Part shown: piece after piece, positions 1-9,115 of the stretch
Layout: every line of letters starts with the position of its first letter
Position numbering within the stretch: the stretch's first letter is position 1
Assembly (NCBI GenBank): GCA_041694515.1
Contig: JASMSZ010000054.1
Span: 1,074-65,073, forward strand
Length of the DNA: 64,000 nucleotides
DNA from: Halanaerobium sp.
Lineage (GTDB): Bacteria; Bacillota; Halanaerobiia; Halanaerobiales; Halanaerobiaceae
Reading direction: 5' to 3'
The notes under the pieces: model-generated
Databases searched by the model: none
What the model was told of the DNA's origin: nothing
What the model saw: only the letters and a program-made list of their open reading frames with translations
Position numbers and translations under genes: made by a program

Positions 1-790
1 CTTTAGCCTGAATGGTAAAGCGATCAACAGCCTGATGATGATGAATTAGATCAACTATCAACTCAACTGCAGCTTCGGAATCTAAGGCAGCCCCGACAAG
101 TCCAGGCTGCCTGTGGTGCAGTCCGGTCATCGCATTATATAAATGAGTAAAATGATTCATCCCCGCCTGATAGGCCTGCTGAAAATCTTCGTAACTCGCT
201 GCTGAATGACCGGCCGAAGCTGTAATATTATTCTGATGCAGCTCTTTAATTAACTCAACTGCCCCCTCTACCTCAGGTGCCAGAGTTACAATTTCTACTA
301 CATCATAATAATCTCTTAAAAGCTCTGGCTCTGGAGCAGCCAGTTCTTCACTATTCTGGGCTCCAATGTATTCAGGACTGATAAATGGGCCTTCCACATG
401 GGTTCCTAAAACCCGGGCTCCGCTGACACCATTTTTTTTAGCCTGACGGATATTTTCTAAAGCTGCATGAATATCAGCTTCGGCCATGGTCATTGTAGTT
501 GGCAGAAAAGAAGTCACACCATGTTCGGCTAAGATTTCACTGATTTTATTTAGAGCTTCAGGTGAAGCATCCATGGTATCAAATCCACCTCCACCATGGA
601 TGTGAGTATCAATCATTCCTGGAGTCAGATAACCACCTTCAGCATCAATTACCTCCATTTCTGCCTCAGCTTCCAGCTTATAGGAAGCGACCTTTTCTAT
701 TTCTGCACTTTCTTCATTAAAAACTAGAGAACCATTATTTATAACTTTATTTTCGAGAATTATATTCGCTTTTTTTATTAATTTCTTCAT
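1..790 (-). CDS. nagA: N-acetylglucosamine-6-phosphate deacetylase (3' part runs off the window; absent from ORF track)
   Basis: Manual translation from ATG at 790 (SD GAGGTG): MKKLIKKANIILENK...PGMIDTHIHGGGG...THVEGPFI...TLAPE...AGHSAA...THLYNAM...HHRQPG, all NagA motifs. Confidence 0.93.
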   Translation of the reverse strand, partial: MKKLIKKANIILENKVINNGSLVFNEESAEIEKVASYKLEAEAEMEVIDAEGGYLTPGMIDTHIHGGGGFDTMDASPEALNKISEILAEHGVTSFLPTTMTMAEADIHAALENIRQAKKNGVSGARVLGTHVEGPFISPEYIGAQNSEELAAPEPELLRDYYDVVEIVTLAPEVEGAVELIKELHQNNITASAGHSAASYEDFQQAYQAGMNHFTHLYNAMTGLHHRQPGLVGAALDSEAAVELIVDLIHHHQAVDRFTIQAK

Positions 791-820
791 TTTTTTCACC
801 TCTACTTATAATTCACTTAT

Positions 821-3238
821 TTATTCTTCATCTTCATCAGTTTCTGTATCTGCTTCCTCTTCTTTCTCATTAATATCTGTATAATTTTCGGCTTCCAGTT
901 TGGCAAATTCTTCTAATTTTTCTTTAACTGCAGAGTGAATTTCCTCTGCTTCCTGTTTTAACATAATCTCCAATGCCTGATCAATTTCTTCAATACTGTA
1001 AAGGTTAAATTTGCCCTCGTCTACTGCGTCAAGTACTTCCTGATCCAGCATTAAATTATCCAGGTTGCGCCGGGGAATAATCACACCCTGTTCTCCGGTA
1101 AGACCTTTGGCCTGACAGACCTTAAAGAATCCTTCTATCTTTTCATTGACTCCACCAATCGGCTGAACAACACCTTTTTGATTCATCGAGCCTGTAATTG
1201 CAATATCCTGTCGGACAGGAATCTCAGCCAGTGATGAAAGTAAAGCAACTACTTCAGCACAGGTAGCACTATCTCCATCAACCCCGCCATAACTCTGTTC
1301 AAAGGCAATAGAAGCTGTTAAACTTAAGGGAGCATCGTGGGCATATTTACCACCTAAATAACCGGTTAAAATCATAACACCCTTACTGTGAATCCGGCCG
1401 CTCATCTTCGCCTCCCGCTCAATATTAATTACTCCTTCTTTACCTAAATAACTGCGGGCTGTGATTCGTGCCGGGCGGCCAAATCTATAATTACCTGCCT
1501 GATAAACTGAAAGTCCATTAATCTGACCTATTTCCTCACCACTGACATCAAGTAAGAGGTGATCACGATCAATCTGCTCCTGAATTTTCTCTTCTAATAA
1601 ATTGGAGCGTCTTTCTTTTTCATCAATCGCTTTTTTAACAGAACTTGCACTGACAACATCTTCATCAAAGCTATCAGACCAGACATCTGATTCAATTAAA
1701 ATTTCTATAATCTCATTAAATTTAGTTGAAAGTTTTTCGCGATCTTCTGTCAGCCGGGAGCTGAAATCAATCATTGCCGCTACCGCTCCTGCACTAAACT
1801 CTTTTAAACCTTCTCTCTTAATTACTGAGGAGACAAAATCAGCGAATTTATCTATATTTTTTTTGTTTCTTTCCATTTCTGTATCAAAATCTGCCTTAAT
1901 TTTGAATAACTCGGAAAACTCTTCATCAAAATTATAGAGTAAATAATAAATATACGGTGAACCAATCATAATTACCTTCAGATCAAGCTCAACTTCTTCC
2001 GGTTTGAGAGTAATAATCGGTATCCTTCTGTACTGTTCCCCTATATTTTCAACTGTAATCTCCTGGTTAATCAGGGCTCGTTTTAAAGTTTCCCAGCAGA
2101 ATGGATTTGTCAGCAGATCTTTAGCCTGAACTATTAAAAACCCACCATCTGCTTTATGCAGGGAACCACTCTTAATCATTGTAAAATTGGTGGTAATTGT
2201 ACCAAACTGACTCTTACCTTCGATCTTACCAAAAAGATTATAATAAGTAGGATTCTTTTCGTAAATTACCGGTGCACCTTCAGTTTTACTGTTATTTACA
2301 AAAAGATTTATTTGATAGCGGATGAAGAAGTTCCCATCATCCTGCTGCTGCATGGCCATTAATGGATTCTGTGCATTCTGATCATCATTCCGGAATTTAT
2401 CAATATTATCTACAATGTCTTCCTGAACCTCTTCTAAATAATCAACTATTTCCTGACTGTCCTCATACTTATCCTGCAGATGATAGATTATTGGCTGGAC
2501 AACAGAAATCCCTATCTTTTTTTCCAGGGCTGCCAGCTCAGCCTGAGCTTCCTCTTTAATAGAGCGAATCTTCCTCATAACCTGCGAAATCTCAGTCTGT
2601 ATTTCCTGGCTCTCACTGCGAATCCTTTCCTTTTTTTCTTCATCCATATCCTGAAAATTTTCACGGGAAATCGGCTCACCATTTTCATCAATCGGAACAG
2701 GTACCATACCCTGAGAGCTGTTCTGCAGCATAAAACCTCTTTCCCGGGCAGATTCTTCAAATTCCTGCATTACCTTATTTGATTTAGGCTGATATTGATT
2801 TAAAATCTCTTTTCTTTCCTGCTCATATTCTTCCCCTTCAAATGCCCGGGGAATCTCTTCCTGCAGTTCCTCTATGATTTTTTCCATATCATCTTTTAAG
2901 TCTTTACCCATTCCGGCCTGTACCTTCATTACTCGAGGCTTTTCCGGCTCGGAAAAATTAAATACATATAATATATCTTTTGGCTGTTCCATCTCTGCCG
3001 CTTTTTCTTCTGTCATATTTTCAGCATAAGTTGATTTTCCAGTTCCTGATTCTCCTGCCATAAAAATATTATAGCCTTTTTTGCCAACTCTCATTCCAAA
3101 ATCGAGAGAGTCAGCAGCTCTATTTTGACCGATTATTTCTTCATCAATTGCTGAAAGTTCCTCTGTTGTTTTAAAATCCAGTTCTTTTTCATCAAAATTG
3201 TAATCTAAATTAGAAATATCAATTTTATATTTTTCCAT
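821..3238 (-). CDS. Lon-like ATP-dependent serine protease (LonB/AAA_32 type, no transmembrane insert)
   Basis: Walker A GESGTGKS, C-terminal Lon protease domain with GDSATCAE and GGVNEKIEGF; start set at ATG 3238 after GGAG SD. Confidence 0.88.
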   Translation of the reverse strand: MEKYKIDISNLDYNFDEKELDFKTTEELSAIDEEIIGQNRAADSLDFGMRVGKKGYNIFMAGESGTGKSTYAENMTEEKAAEMEQPKDILYVFNFSEPEKPRVMKVQAGMGKDLKDDMEKIIEELQEEIPRAFEGEEYEQERKEILNQYQPKSNKVMQEFEESARERGFMLQNSSQGMVPVPIDENGEPISRENFQDMDEEKKERIRSESQEIQTEISQVMRKIRSIKEEAQAELAALEKKIGISVVQPIIYHLQDKYEDSQEIVDYLEEVQEDIVDNIDKFRNDDQNAQNPLMAMQQQDDGNFFIRYQINLFVNNSKTEGAPVIYEKNPTYYNLFGKIEGKSQFGTITTNFTMIKSGSLHKADGGFLIVQAKDLLTNPFCWETLKRALINQEITVENIGEQYRRIPIITLKPEEVELDLKVIMIGSPYIYYLLYNFDEEFSELFKIKADFDTEMERNKKNIDKFADFVSSVIKREGLKEFSAGAVAAMIDFSSRLTEDREKLSTKFNEIIEILIESDVWSDSFDEDVVSASSVKKAIDEKERRSNLLEEKIQEQIDRDHLLLDVSGEEIGQINGLSVYQAGNYRFGRPARITARSYLGKEGVINIEREAKMSGRIHSKGVMILTGYLGGKYAHDAPLSLTASIAFEQSYGGVDGDSATCAEVVALLSSLAEIPVRQDIAITGSMNQKGVVQPIGGVNEKIEGFFKVCQAKGLTGEQGVIIPRRNLDNLMLDQEVLDAVDEGKFNLYSIEEIDQALEIMLKQEAEEIHSAVKEKLEEFAKLEAENYTDINEKEEEADTETDEDEE

Positions 3239-3320
3239 TCCACACACTCCTTTTAGTTTCAATTATTGAAATTTAATTTTATTATCCCAGAAAATTCTGA
3301 TATATGTCTTACTATATATC

Positions 3321-3347
3321 TTTCGACAAAAAGTAAATATTTCCTGC
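3321..3347 (-). promoter_or_regulatory. Possible sigma-H-type promoter for the Lon-like gene
   Basis: Minus strand GCAGGA-N17-GAAA (gcaggaaatatttactttttgtcgaaa), resembling the Firmicute SigH AGGA/GAAT consensus. Confidence 0.35.
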
Positions 3348-3439
3348 CTCTAAATATACTGCTTGTTGATTTAGATTAGGAAAAAAATACTAATAACAGT
3401 TGAAAACATTTGCTAATTAATATAAAATGAAAATAGAGT

Positions 3440-3457
3440 ATGTTATTTTTTTAACAA
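3440..3457. promoter_or_regulatory. Candidate Rex operator (autoregulation)
   Basis: ATGTTATTTTTTTAACAA matches the clostridial Rex consensus TTGTTAA-N4-TTAACAA with 2 mismatches, just upstream of the rex start. Confidence 0.5.
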
Positions 3458-3477
3458 TATCACTGGGGGTTAAAAAA

Positions 3478-4158
3478 ATGGGGAAAGAAATAAATTCTAT
3501 TCCGGATATAATAATCAGTCGACTGCCGGTATATTATCAGCATCTAAAAAAACTGCAGGATTCCACTAAAGAATATATCTCATCTGAAGAACTGGCAGAA
3601 CTAACAGGGTTCAGCAGTTCTTTGATTCGTAAAGACTTAAGTTATTTTGGTACTTTTGGTCGTAAAAGTTATGGTTATGATATTTTCTGTCTATTTCAGC
3701 AGTTAAATATTATTATGGGATTTAATTATAAGAAAAAAATTATCATCATTGGGGCGGGTCATCTGGGCCAGGCATTAGCTTACAATAAAGGGTATAGAGA
3801 ACGAGGATATCAACTGGTTTCAATTTTTGATAAAAACCCCAAATTAATTGGCCTGGTAATCAATGATATCGAAATTCGGAGTATTAATAATCTGGAAGAA
3901 TTTATAAAAAATAATAAGATCAATGTGGCAGCTTTAACAGTTCCCGGAGCTGCTGCTCAAAAAATAACCGACCGCCTGGCAGCGGCCGGAATAAAAGCAA
4001 TCTGGAATTTTACAGAAGTTCCGTTACAGGTGCCAGATGATGTTTTACTGGAAGAACAATTAATTAATGAAGGTCTCTGTAAATTATCAGTTAAGATTAA
4101 TCAAATTAGGATTAATCATTCTGAGACTACAGAAGACTTGAACTGTGGGCAAAAATAA
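3478..4158 (+). CDS. rex: Redox-sensing transcriptional repressor Rex
   Basis: RLPVYY...ISSEELA...IRKDLSYFGTFG..GYGY winged helix plus Rossmann GAGHLG; likely start ATG 3478. Confidence 0.93.
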   Translation: MGKEINSIPDIIISRLPVYYQHLKKLQDSTKEYISSEELAELTGFSSSLIRKDLSYFGTFGRKSYGYDIFCLFQQLNIIMGFNYKKKIIIIGAGHLGQALAYNKGYRERGYQLVSIFDKNPKLIGLVINDIEIRSINNLEEFIKNNKINVAALTVPGAAAQKITDRLAAAGIKAIWNFTEVPLQVPDDVLLEEQLINEGLCKLSVKINQIRINHSETTEDLNCGQK

Positions 4159-5515
4159 ATTTACCACTTCCTTTTTCTGCTCTCAGCTGATCATCAAAGA
4201 TTAACTTTCCTCGTCTAAAAGTCATAACCGGATAACCTTTAACTGTAAAATCATTATAAGGACTGTATCCGGCTGCAGAATGTAAATTTTCTGCAGTTAA
4301 TTTTTTTTCTAGATTTGGATCAAAAATGGTCAGATCAGCATCGGTTCCCAACTCCAGGGAACCCTTTTCTGGATAAAGGCCGAATATTTTAGCCGGATTG
4401 ACCGAGAGCATCTCTACCAGTTCTCTAATTGTTATCCTATTATTTCTAACTCCTGAACTATAAAGCAGAGGCAGCATTGTTTCGGTTCCGGGAATTCCCG
4501 GCAGGATTTCCAGGCTGGAATCAGACTGCATTTTTTGTTCTCTATTAAAAGCACAGTGATCAGTTGCTACTACCTGAAACTCCCCTGTACTAAGTCCCTG
4601 CCACAATTTTTGATTGTCATATTTATTTCTCAGTGGTGGAGTCATAAAATAAAGCTGGGCCTCGTCTCTCTTTAAATATGAGTTATCGAGCAGTAAATAA
4701 TGAGGAGTAGTTTCCGCATAAATTTGGGCCTTTCTGGATCTTAATTCTCTGACTGCTTCTAAACCTTCTGCCGATGATAAATGGACTATATAGAGCGGCA
4801 TATCTGCTTTCAGGGCCTCTTTTCCCATATCTTTAACAGCTAAAGCTTCCGCAATGCCAGGTCTAATAGCTGGATGGAACTCTGGATCTATTAAGCTTCT
4901 TTTGCTGTAAACTTCTTTCAAATCCTCAATCAGAGCATCATCTTCTGCATGAACCTGAGGCAGAATTTCAATTTCTTTGAGCCGTTTAAAAAGCTCGGAC
5001 CACTGATCCCGCTCTATCATATAACCGACATCTTTGTAGGTGGTAAAAAGTTTGATGCTTGCCAGTCCTAGATCTTTTAGATCAGCTAAGTTTTGGGAAA
5101 TTTTTTTGTTAAAATCCTGTACAACCTGATGAAAATTATAATCAATTATGGAACCACTTGCCTCGTTTTTGCGCTCAGCAGCAGAACGCTTAAAGTCTCC
5201 ATCTTCGGGAAAATCGATATAATCAATTACTGTTGTAACTCCACCGGCTGCAGCTGCTATACTTCCCTGATAAAAATCATCTGCAGTTACAGTTCCCCGA
5301 GAATGAAGATTATAATGAGTATGAGCATCAATGATCCCCGGAAAAATATATTTTCCTTCCAGATCTATGACTTTAAATTCACCTTGTAATTCATCTTCTT
5401 TAAAAAAACCTCGTTTTTCTTCTGCGGCTATTTTGTCTTTCTCAATTAAAAGGTCAGATTTTCTGAGACCTTTATCATCAACTACCTTAGCATTTTTTAA
5501 TAGAATATTTTTCAC
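4127..5515 (-). CDS. hydA: Dihydropyrimidinase / D-hydantoinase
   Basis: PGIIDAHTH, KLFTTY (carbamylated Lys), HAED, VHLS, PPLR and ATDHC amidohydrolase motifs; GTG start with GAGGGG SD. Confidence 0.88.
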   Translation of the reverse strand: MKNILLKNAKVVDDKGLRKSDLLIEKDKIAAEEKRGFFKEDELQGEFKVIDLEGKYIFPGIIDAHTHYNLHSRGTVTADDFYQGSIAAAAGGVTTVIDYIDFPEDGDFKRSAAERKNEASGSIIDYNFHQVVQDFNKKISQNLADLKDLGLASIKLFTTYKDVGYMIERDQWSELFKRLKEIEILPQVHAEDDALIEDLKEVYSKRSLIDPEFHPAIRPGIAEALAVKDMGKEALKADMPLYIVHLSSAEGLEAVRELRSRKAQIYAETTPHYLLLDNSYLKRDEAQLYFMTPPLRNKYDNQKLWQGLSTGEFQVVATDHCAFNREQKMQSDSSLEILPGIPGTETMLPLLYSSGVRNNRITIRELVEMLSVNPAKIFGLYPEKGSLELGTDADLTIFDPNLEKKLTAENLHSAAGYSPYNDFTVKGYPVMTFRRGKLIFDDQLRAEKGSGKFIFAHSSSLL

Positions 5516-5532
5516 TATTTCTCACCCCTCTA

Positions 5533-6224
5533 CTATACTAATTCTATTATCGGAGCTTCAATTCCTGCACCAAATAATTGAAAGTTAAAATTATTAACTG
5601 CTTTACTTGTTTCCACTTTTCCCCGGTGCAGCAGAGTTATGTAATCAGCTAATTTTTTATCTGTCTTCTGTCATGACTGACCATGACAACTGTCATCTCA
5701 GCTGTTACTAAATCAGCAAAATGAGAGTTAAAAAAATGGATGCTTTCTTCATCAAGGTTTGTTGTCACTTCATCTACAAATAAAACTTCTGGCTCAGTAA
5801 TTAAAGCTCTGGCAATTGAAGCTTTTTGTCTTTCTCCACCCGAAAGAGTATGGGCAGACTGATGCAGTAAATTTTCAATTTCAAGTTTTTTAGCTATTTC
5901 TTTAACCTTCCTATCTACTAATTTTGGGCTGCAGTCACGAAGTTTTAAGGGCAGAGCAATGTTATAATACACATTACCTCGATAAAGATAGGGATCCTGC
6001 CAGATTACAGAAAATTTGCGCCTCAGTTTTAAATTCTGCTCTTCTTTATTAATGTTCCGACTCTTATAATAAAACTGTCCTCTGTAATCCTGATTAACCA
6101 GACTTAAAATATTTAAAAGAGTTGTCTTTCCACTTCCATTACCACCAATTATAAAGTTGAATTTATTTTTTAAGACTACAAAATTATCAATATCCAGAAT
6201 AGTTTTATCTCTGCAGACCTTTTT
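5533..6224 (-). pseudogene. tupC: Tungstate ABC ATPase (TupC-like), N-terminus deleted and frameshifted near the 3' end
   Basis: GGNGSGKTT, LSGGE and LFVDE motifs. The ORF stops after SHDRRQIKN, but the shifted frame continues LADYITLLHRGKVE...IELV* to 5533. The ORF-track ATG at 6248 lies inside tupA and has no SD. Confidence 0.75.
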
Positions 6225-7017
6225 ACGGATAAAATAACTGCTTATCATATTTTATATAATTATTTATTAAATTCTGACCCTGCTGAGAAGTTACATAACC
6301 CACAAATGCCATAGCCAGCTGATAGTTTACATGAGTATGATAGGCTGGGTTAATGGGAATAATTCCATAAGGATTAAAAAGAGCCGGATCTCCACTATTA
6401 ACTATTTCCAGCTCAATATCACCACTATAGGCTAGATATGTGCCTCGATCAGCTAAAATATATGCCTGCTGTTCATTTGCCATATTAATACTAGGGCCCA
6501 TGCCCTGACCGCTTTCTAAATACCAGCTGCCCGCAGGAGTTATTCCGGCACTATCCCAGAGTGATAATTCTTTTTTATTGGTTCCAGAATTATCACCACG
6601 AGATACAAATTCTACCTCTGCTGCAGCAATTTTTTCTAAGGCCTCAGCAGCAGTCTCTGTTTCTTTAATTCCCGCTGGATCAGCAGGAGGTCCTAAAATA
6701 ACAAAGTCATTATACATTACATCTCTTCTATTTACTCCATAACCATTAGCAACAAACTTATCTTCAGCTTCTCTGGCATGAACAAAAATAATATCTGCAT
6801 CACCATTGCGTCCAAGTTCAATTGCCGCTCCAGTCCCTACCGCAACTACATCAACCCGCACATTAAATTTTTCTTCAAAAGGCGGCAGCAGCTCATCCAG
6901 TAAGCCTGAGTTTTCAGTACTGGTGGTGGCCATTGTTAAAACTTCCTGGGCGGCTGCAGCTGAACTAAAAATCAGTGTAAAAACTAATATTGTAAAAATA
7001 ATCTTTTTAATTGACAT
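6223..7017 (-). CDS. tupA: Tungstate ABC substrate-binding protein
   Basis: Signal peptide, MATTSTENSGLL, AVGTGAA, SRGDNSGT, YILADRGTY and NPYGII motifs typical of TupA. Confidence 0.9.
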   Translation of the reverse strand: MSIKKIIFTILVFTLIFSSAAAAQEVLTMATTSTENSGLLDELLPPFEEKFNVRVDVVAVGTGAAIELGRNGDADIIFVHAREAEDKFVANGYGVNRRDVMYNDFVILGPPADPAGIKETETAAEALEKIAAAEVEFVSRGDNSGTNKKELSLWDSAGITPAGSWYLESGQGMGPSINMANEQQAYILADRGTYLAYSGDIELEIVNSGDPALFNPYGIIPINPAYHTHVNYQLAMAFVGYVTSQQGQNLINNYIKYDKQLFYP

Positions 7018-7105
7018 AGTAATCCCCCTTATTTATAGTTTAGCTCTTCTTTCTATTTTCTGTTTTGTGTTAAATTTTAGATAGATCAGCTAAAAGTATG
7101 CTCAA

Positions 7106-7140
7106 TAAAAAATAAACTTCCGGCAGACACCGGAAGTTTT
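7106..7140 (-). terminator. Intrinsic terminator, expression platform of the Moco/Tuco riboswitch
   Basis: AAACTTCCGG-TGTCTG-CCGGAAGTTT hairpin followed by a U-rich tail on the minus strand, between the aptamer and tupA. Confidence 0.8.
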
Positions 7141-7168
7141 AAGGCGGATTAACACTAATGCAATCCAT

Positions 7169-7280
7169 TTGATCACTCCTTTCCATTCCGGGAGGCCTAA
7201 ATGTTTCCCTTTAGACCCTATCGGTGCAGCAAGCATTACTTAAAAGTTTTAGCTTAAATGCACTCGGAGTTGTGTGACAA
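7169..7280 (-). ncRNA. Moco/Tuco RNA motif (molybdenum/tungsten cofactor riboswitch)
   Basis: Minus strand ACTCCGAG...TAGGGTCTAAAGGGAAACATTTAGGCCTCCCGGAATGGAAAGGAG matches the conserved Moco motif; it lies upstream of tupA and downstream of a sigma-A promoter. Confidence 0.85.
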
Positions 7281-7291
7281 TTCTTACATTA

Positions 7292-7320
7292 ATGATATTC
7301 ATATTTATGTTTTTTGTCAA
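7292..7320 (-). promoter_or_regulatory. Sigma-A promoter of the tupA leader
   Basis: TTGACA-N17-TATCAT. Confidence 0.7.
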
Positions 7321-7357
7321 GCAGATTAAACTTTAATTCTCTATATTTCTTTAACCA

Positions 7358-7412
7358 TTGACATACTCCCTGCCAATTAAGATGAGCGAGGCTTTCCTGG
7401 CTAAATTCGGTA
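7358..7412 (-). mobile_element. Degenerate IS200/IS605-family right-end remnant
   Basis: Minus strand ...GGAAAGCCTCGCTCATCTTAATTGGCAGGGAGTATGTCAA: a decayed hairpin followed by GAGTATGTCAA, the typical IS200/IS605 right end finishing in TCAA; no tnpA or tnpB nearby. Confidence 0.5.
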
Positions 7413-7426
7413 ATTTTGTTTAAATC

Positions 7427-9091
7427 TTAATAAAGATAAACTCTGGCCTCATAGGGCCTTAAACTGCCCTTCAGCTCAAAACCCGCTTCTTGTTGATAGT
7501 TATTTAAAATCAATTCTGCCTGCTTAATCTTCAGCTGATCATTTAAATCATAGTCAGCATCATTTTCACTGAAGTTTAAAAGCACAAGCAGATTATTTTG
7601 CTCTCCCTGACGCTGATAGGCATAAATGTTTTGATCAGCTTCCAATAAAATATCATATTTACCATAGGCAAAAACCGGATATTTTTTACGCAGAGAAATC
7701 ATTTTTTGATAATATTTAAATACCGAATCATCTGAACTCAGATCTTTTTCTACATTAATCTCCGAATAATTGCTGTTCATCTTTAACCAGGGTTCAGTTT
7801 TAGAGAAACCTGCATATTTGCTGTCATTCCAGTGCATAGGTGTGCGGGCATTATCTCTGGTTCTATAATTGGCGATCTCCAATATTTCCTTTTCACTCAG
7901 CTGATCTTTTTCCTGTAATTCTTTGATATAACCTCTGGTTTCAATATCATCAAAATCAGTTAAGGAGTCAAAACTGATATTGGTCATCCCAATTTCTTCT
8001 CCCTGATAAATAAATGGTGTCCCTCTTAAAGTATGAAGCATTGTTCCCAGCATCTTGGCTGATTCCTTGCGATATTTACCATCATCACCATAACGGGAAA
8101 CAATCCTCGGCTGATCATGATTGCAGAAATAGAGACTGGTCCAGCCGTTATTTTCCTGCAGCTTATACTGCCACTCACTCATTAAATCTTTAAGTTCTGT
8201 CAGATCCCAGTCTGTAATTTTATCCCAGCCTTCTTTGCGGTCAAATTCCAGATGTTCAAAGGGAATAACCATCGAAAATTCTTTTCTTTCTTCTTTAACA
8301 AATTTTATTGCTTCCTCCTTATCAACAAAAGGAGTTTCTCCAACTGTCACTGCCTCATATTTATTGAAAGTATTAGCTGCCATTTCTTTGATAAATTCGT
8401 GAACACGGGGACCATTGGCAAAGTATTCATGACCGGCAAGGCCTTCTTTTTCCCCATCAGGGAAACGCTGATCTTTAGAAATTAGGTTAATCACATCAAG
8501 TCTAAAACCATCTACACCTTTTTCCAGCCACCAGTTGATCATCTCATAAATTTCCTGACGCAGTTTTGGATTTTCCCAGTTTAAATCCGGCTGTTTTGGT
8601 GAGAACAGGTGGAGATAATATTGATCTGTTTTCTGATCATATTTCCAGGCAGAACCACCAAAAAATGCCTTCCAGTTGTTTGGCGGCCCCCCATTTTTGC
8701 CGTCTCTCCAGATATAATAATCCCGATAAGGATTATCCTTACTCTTACGAGATTCTTTAAACCACTGATGCTCATCTGAGCTGTGGTTTAAAACTAAATC
8801 CATAATTAATTTTATATTTCGCTGATGCAGCAGTTCCATCAATTCTTCTAAATCTTCCATAGTTCCAAACTCATCCATTATGGCCTGATAGTCACTGATG
8901 TCATAACCATTATCATCATTGGGAGACTTATAGACCGGATTTAACCAGACTGCATCTACTCCCAGCTGATCTAAATAGTCTATTTTTTCAATAATACCTC
9001 TTAAATCTCCAATTCCATCATTATTGCTGTCCTTAAAACTGCGGGGATAAATCTGGTAAACCACAGCTTCCTTCCACCATTTTTTATTCAT
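7427..9091 (-). CDS. malL: Oligo-1,6-glucosidase / alpha-glucosidase (GH13_31)
   Basis: WWKEAVVYQIYPRSF, DNGYDISDY, DGFRLDVIN, VGETP, NHDQPR and YQGEEIG motifs. Confidence 0.9.
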   Translation of the reverse strand: MNKKWWKEAVVYQIYPRSFKDSNNDGIGDLRGIIEKIDYLDQLGVDAVWLNPVYKSPNDDNGYDISDYQAIMDEFGTMEDLEELMELLHQRNIKLIMDLVLNHSSDEHQWFKESRKSKDNPYRDYYIWRDGKNGGPPNNWKAFFGGSAWKYDQKTDQYYLHLFSPKQPDLNWENPKLRQEIYEMINWWLEKGVDGFRLDVINLISKDQRFPDGEKEGLAGHEYFANGPRVHEFIKEMAANTFNKYEAVTVGETPFVDKEEAIKFVKEERKEFSMVIPFEHLEFDRKEGWDKITDWDLTELKDLMSEWQYKLQENNGWTSLYFCNHDQPRIVSRYGDDGKYRKESAKMLGTMLHTLRGTPFIYQGEEIGMTNISFDSLTDFDDIETRGYIKELQEKDQLSEKEILEIANYRTRDNARTPMHWNDSKYAGFSKTEPWLKMNSNYSEINVEKDLSSDDSVFKYYQKMISLRKKYPVFAYGKYDILLEADQNIYAYQRQGEQNNLLVLLNFSENDADYDLNDQLKIKQAELILNNYQQEAGFELKGSLRPYEARVYLY

Positions 9092-9115
9092 CTTTAAACC
9101 TCCACTTATAATTAT

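Noticed and set aside
1602-2782. Several short ORFs overlapping the Lon-like gene (and similar short ORFs opposite other genes throughout)
   Set aside because: Antisense or alternate-frame shadows without RBS or motifs
6225-6248. ORF-track start MISSYFIR for the ABC ATPase
   Set aside because: The ATG lies inside tupA codons with no SD; best explained as a deletion-junction artefact
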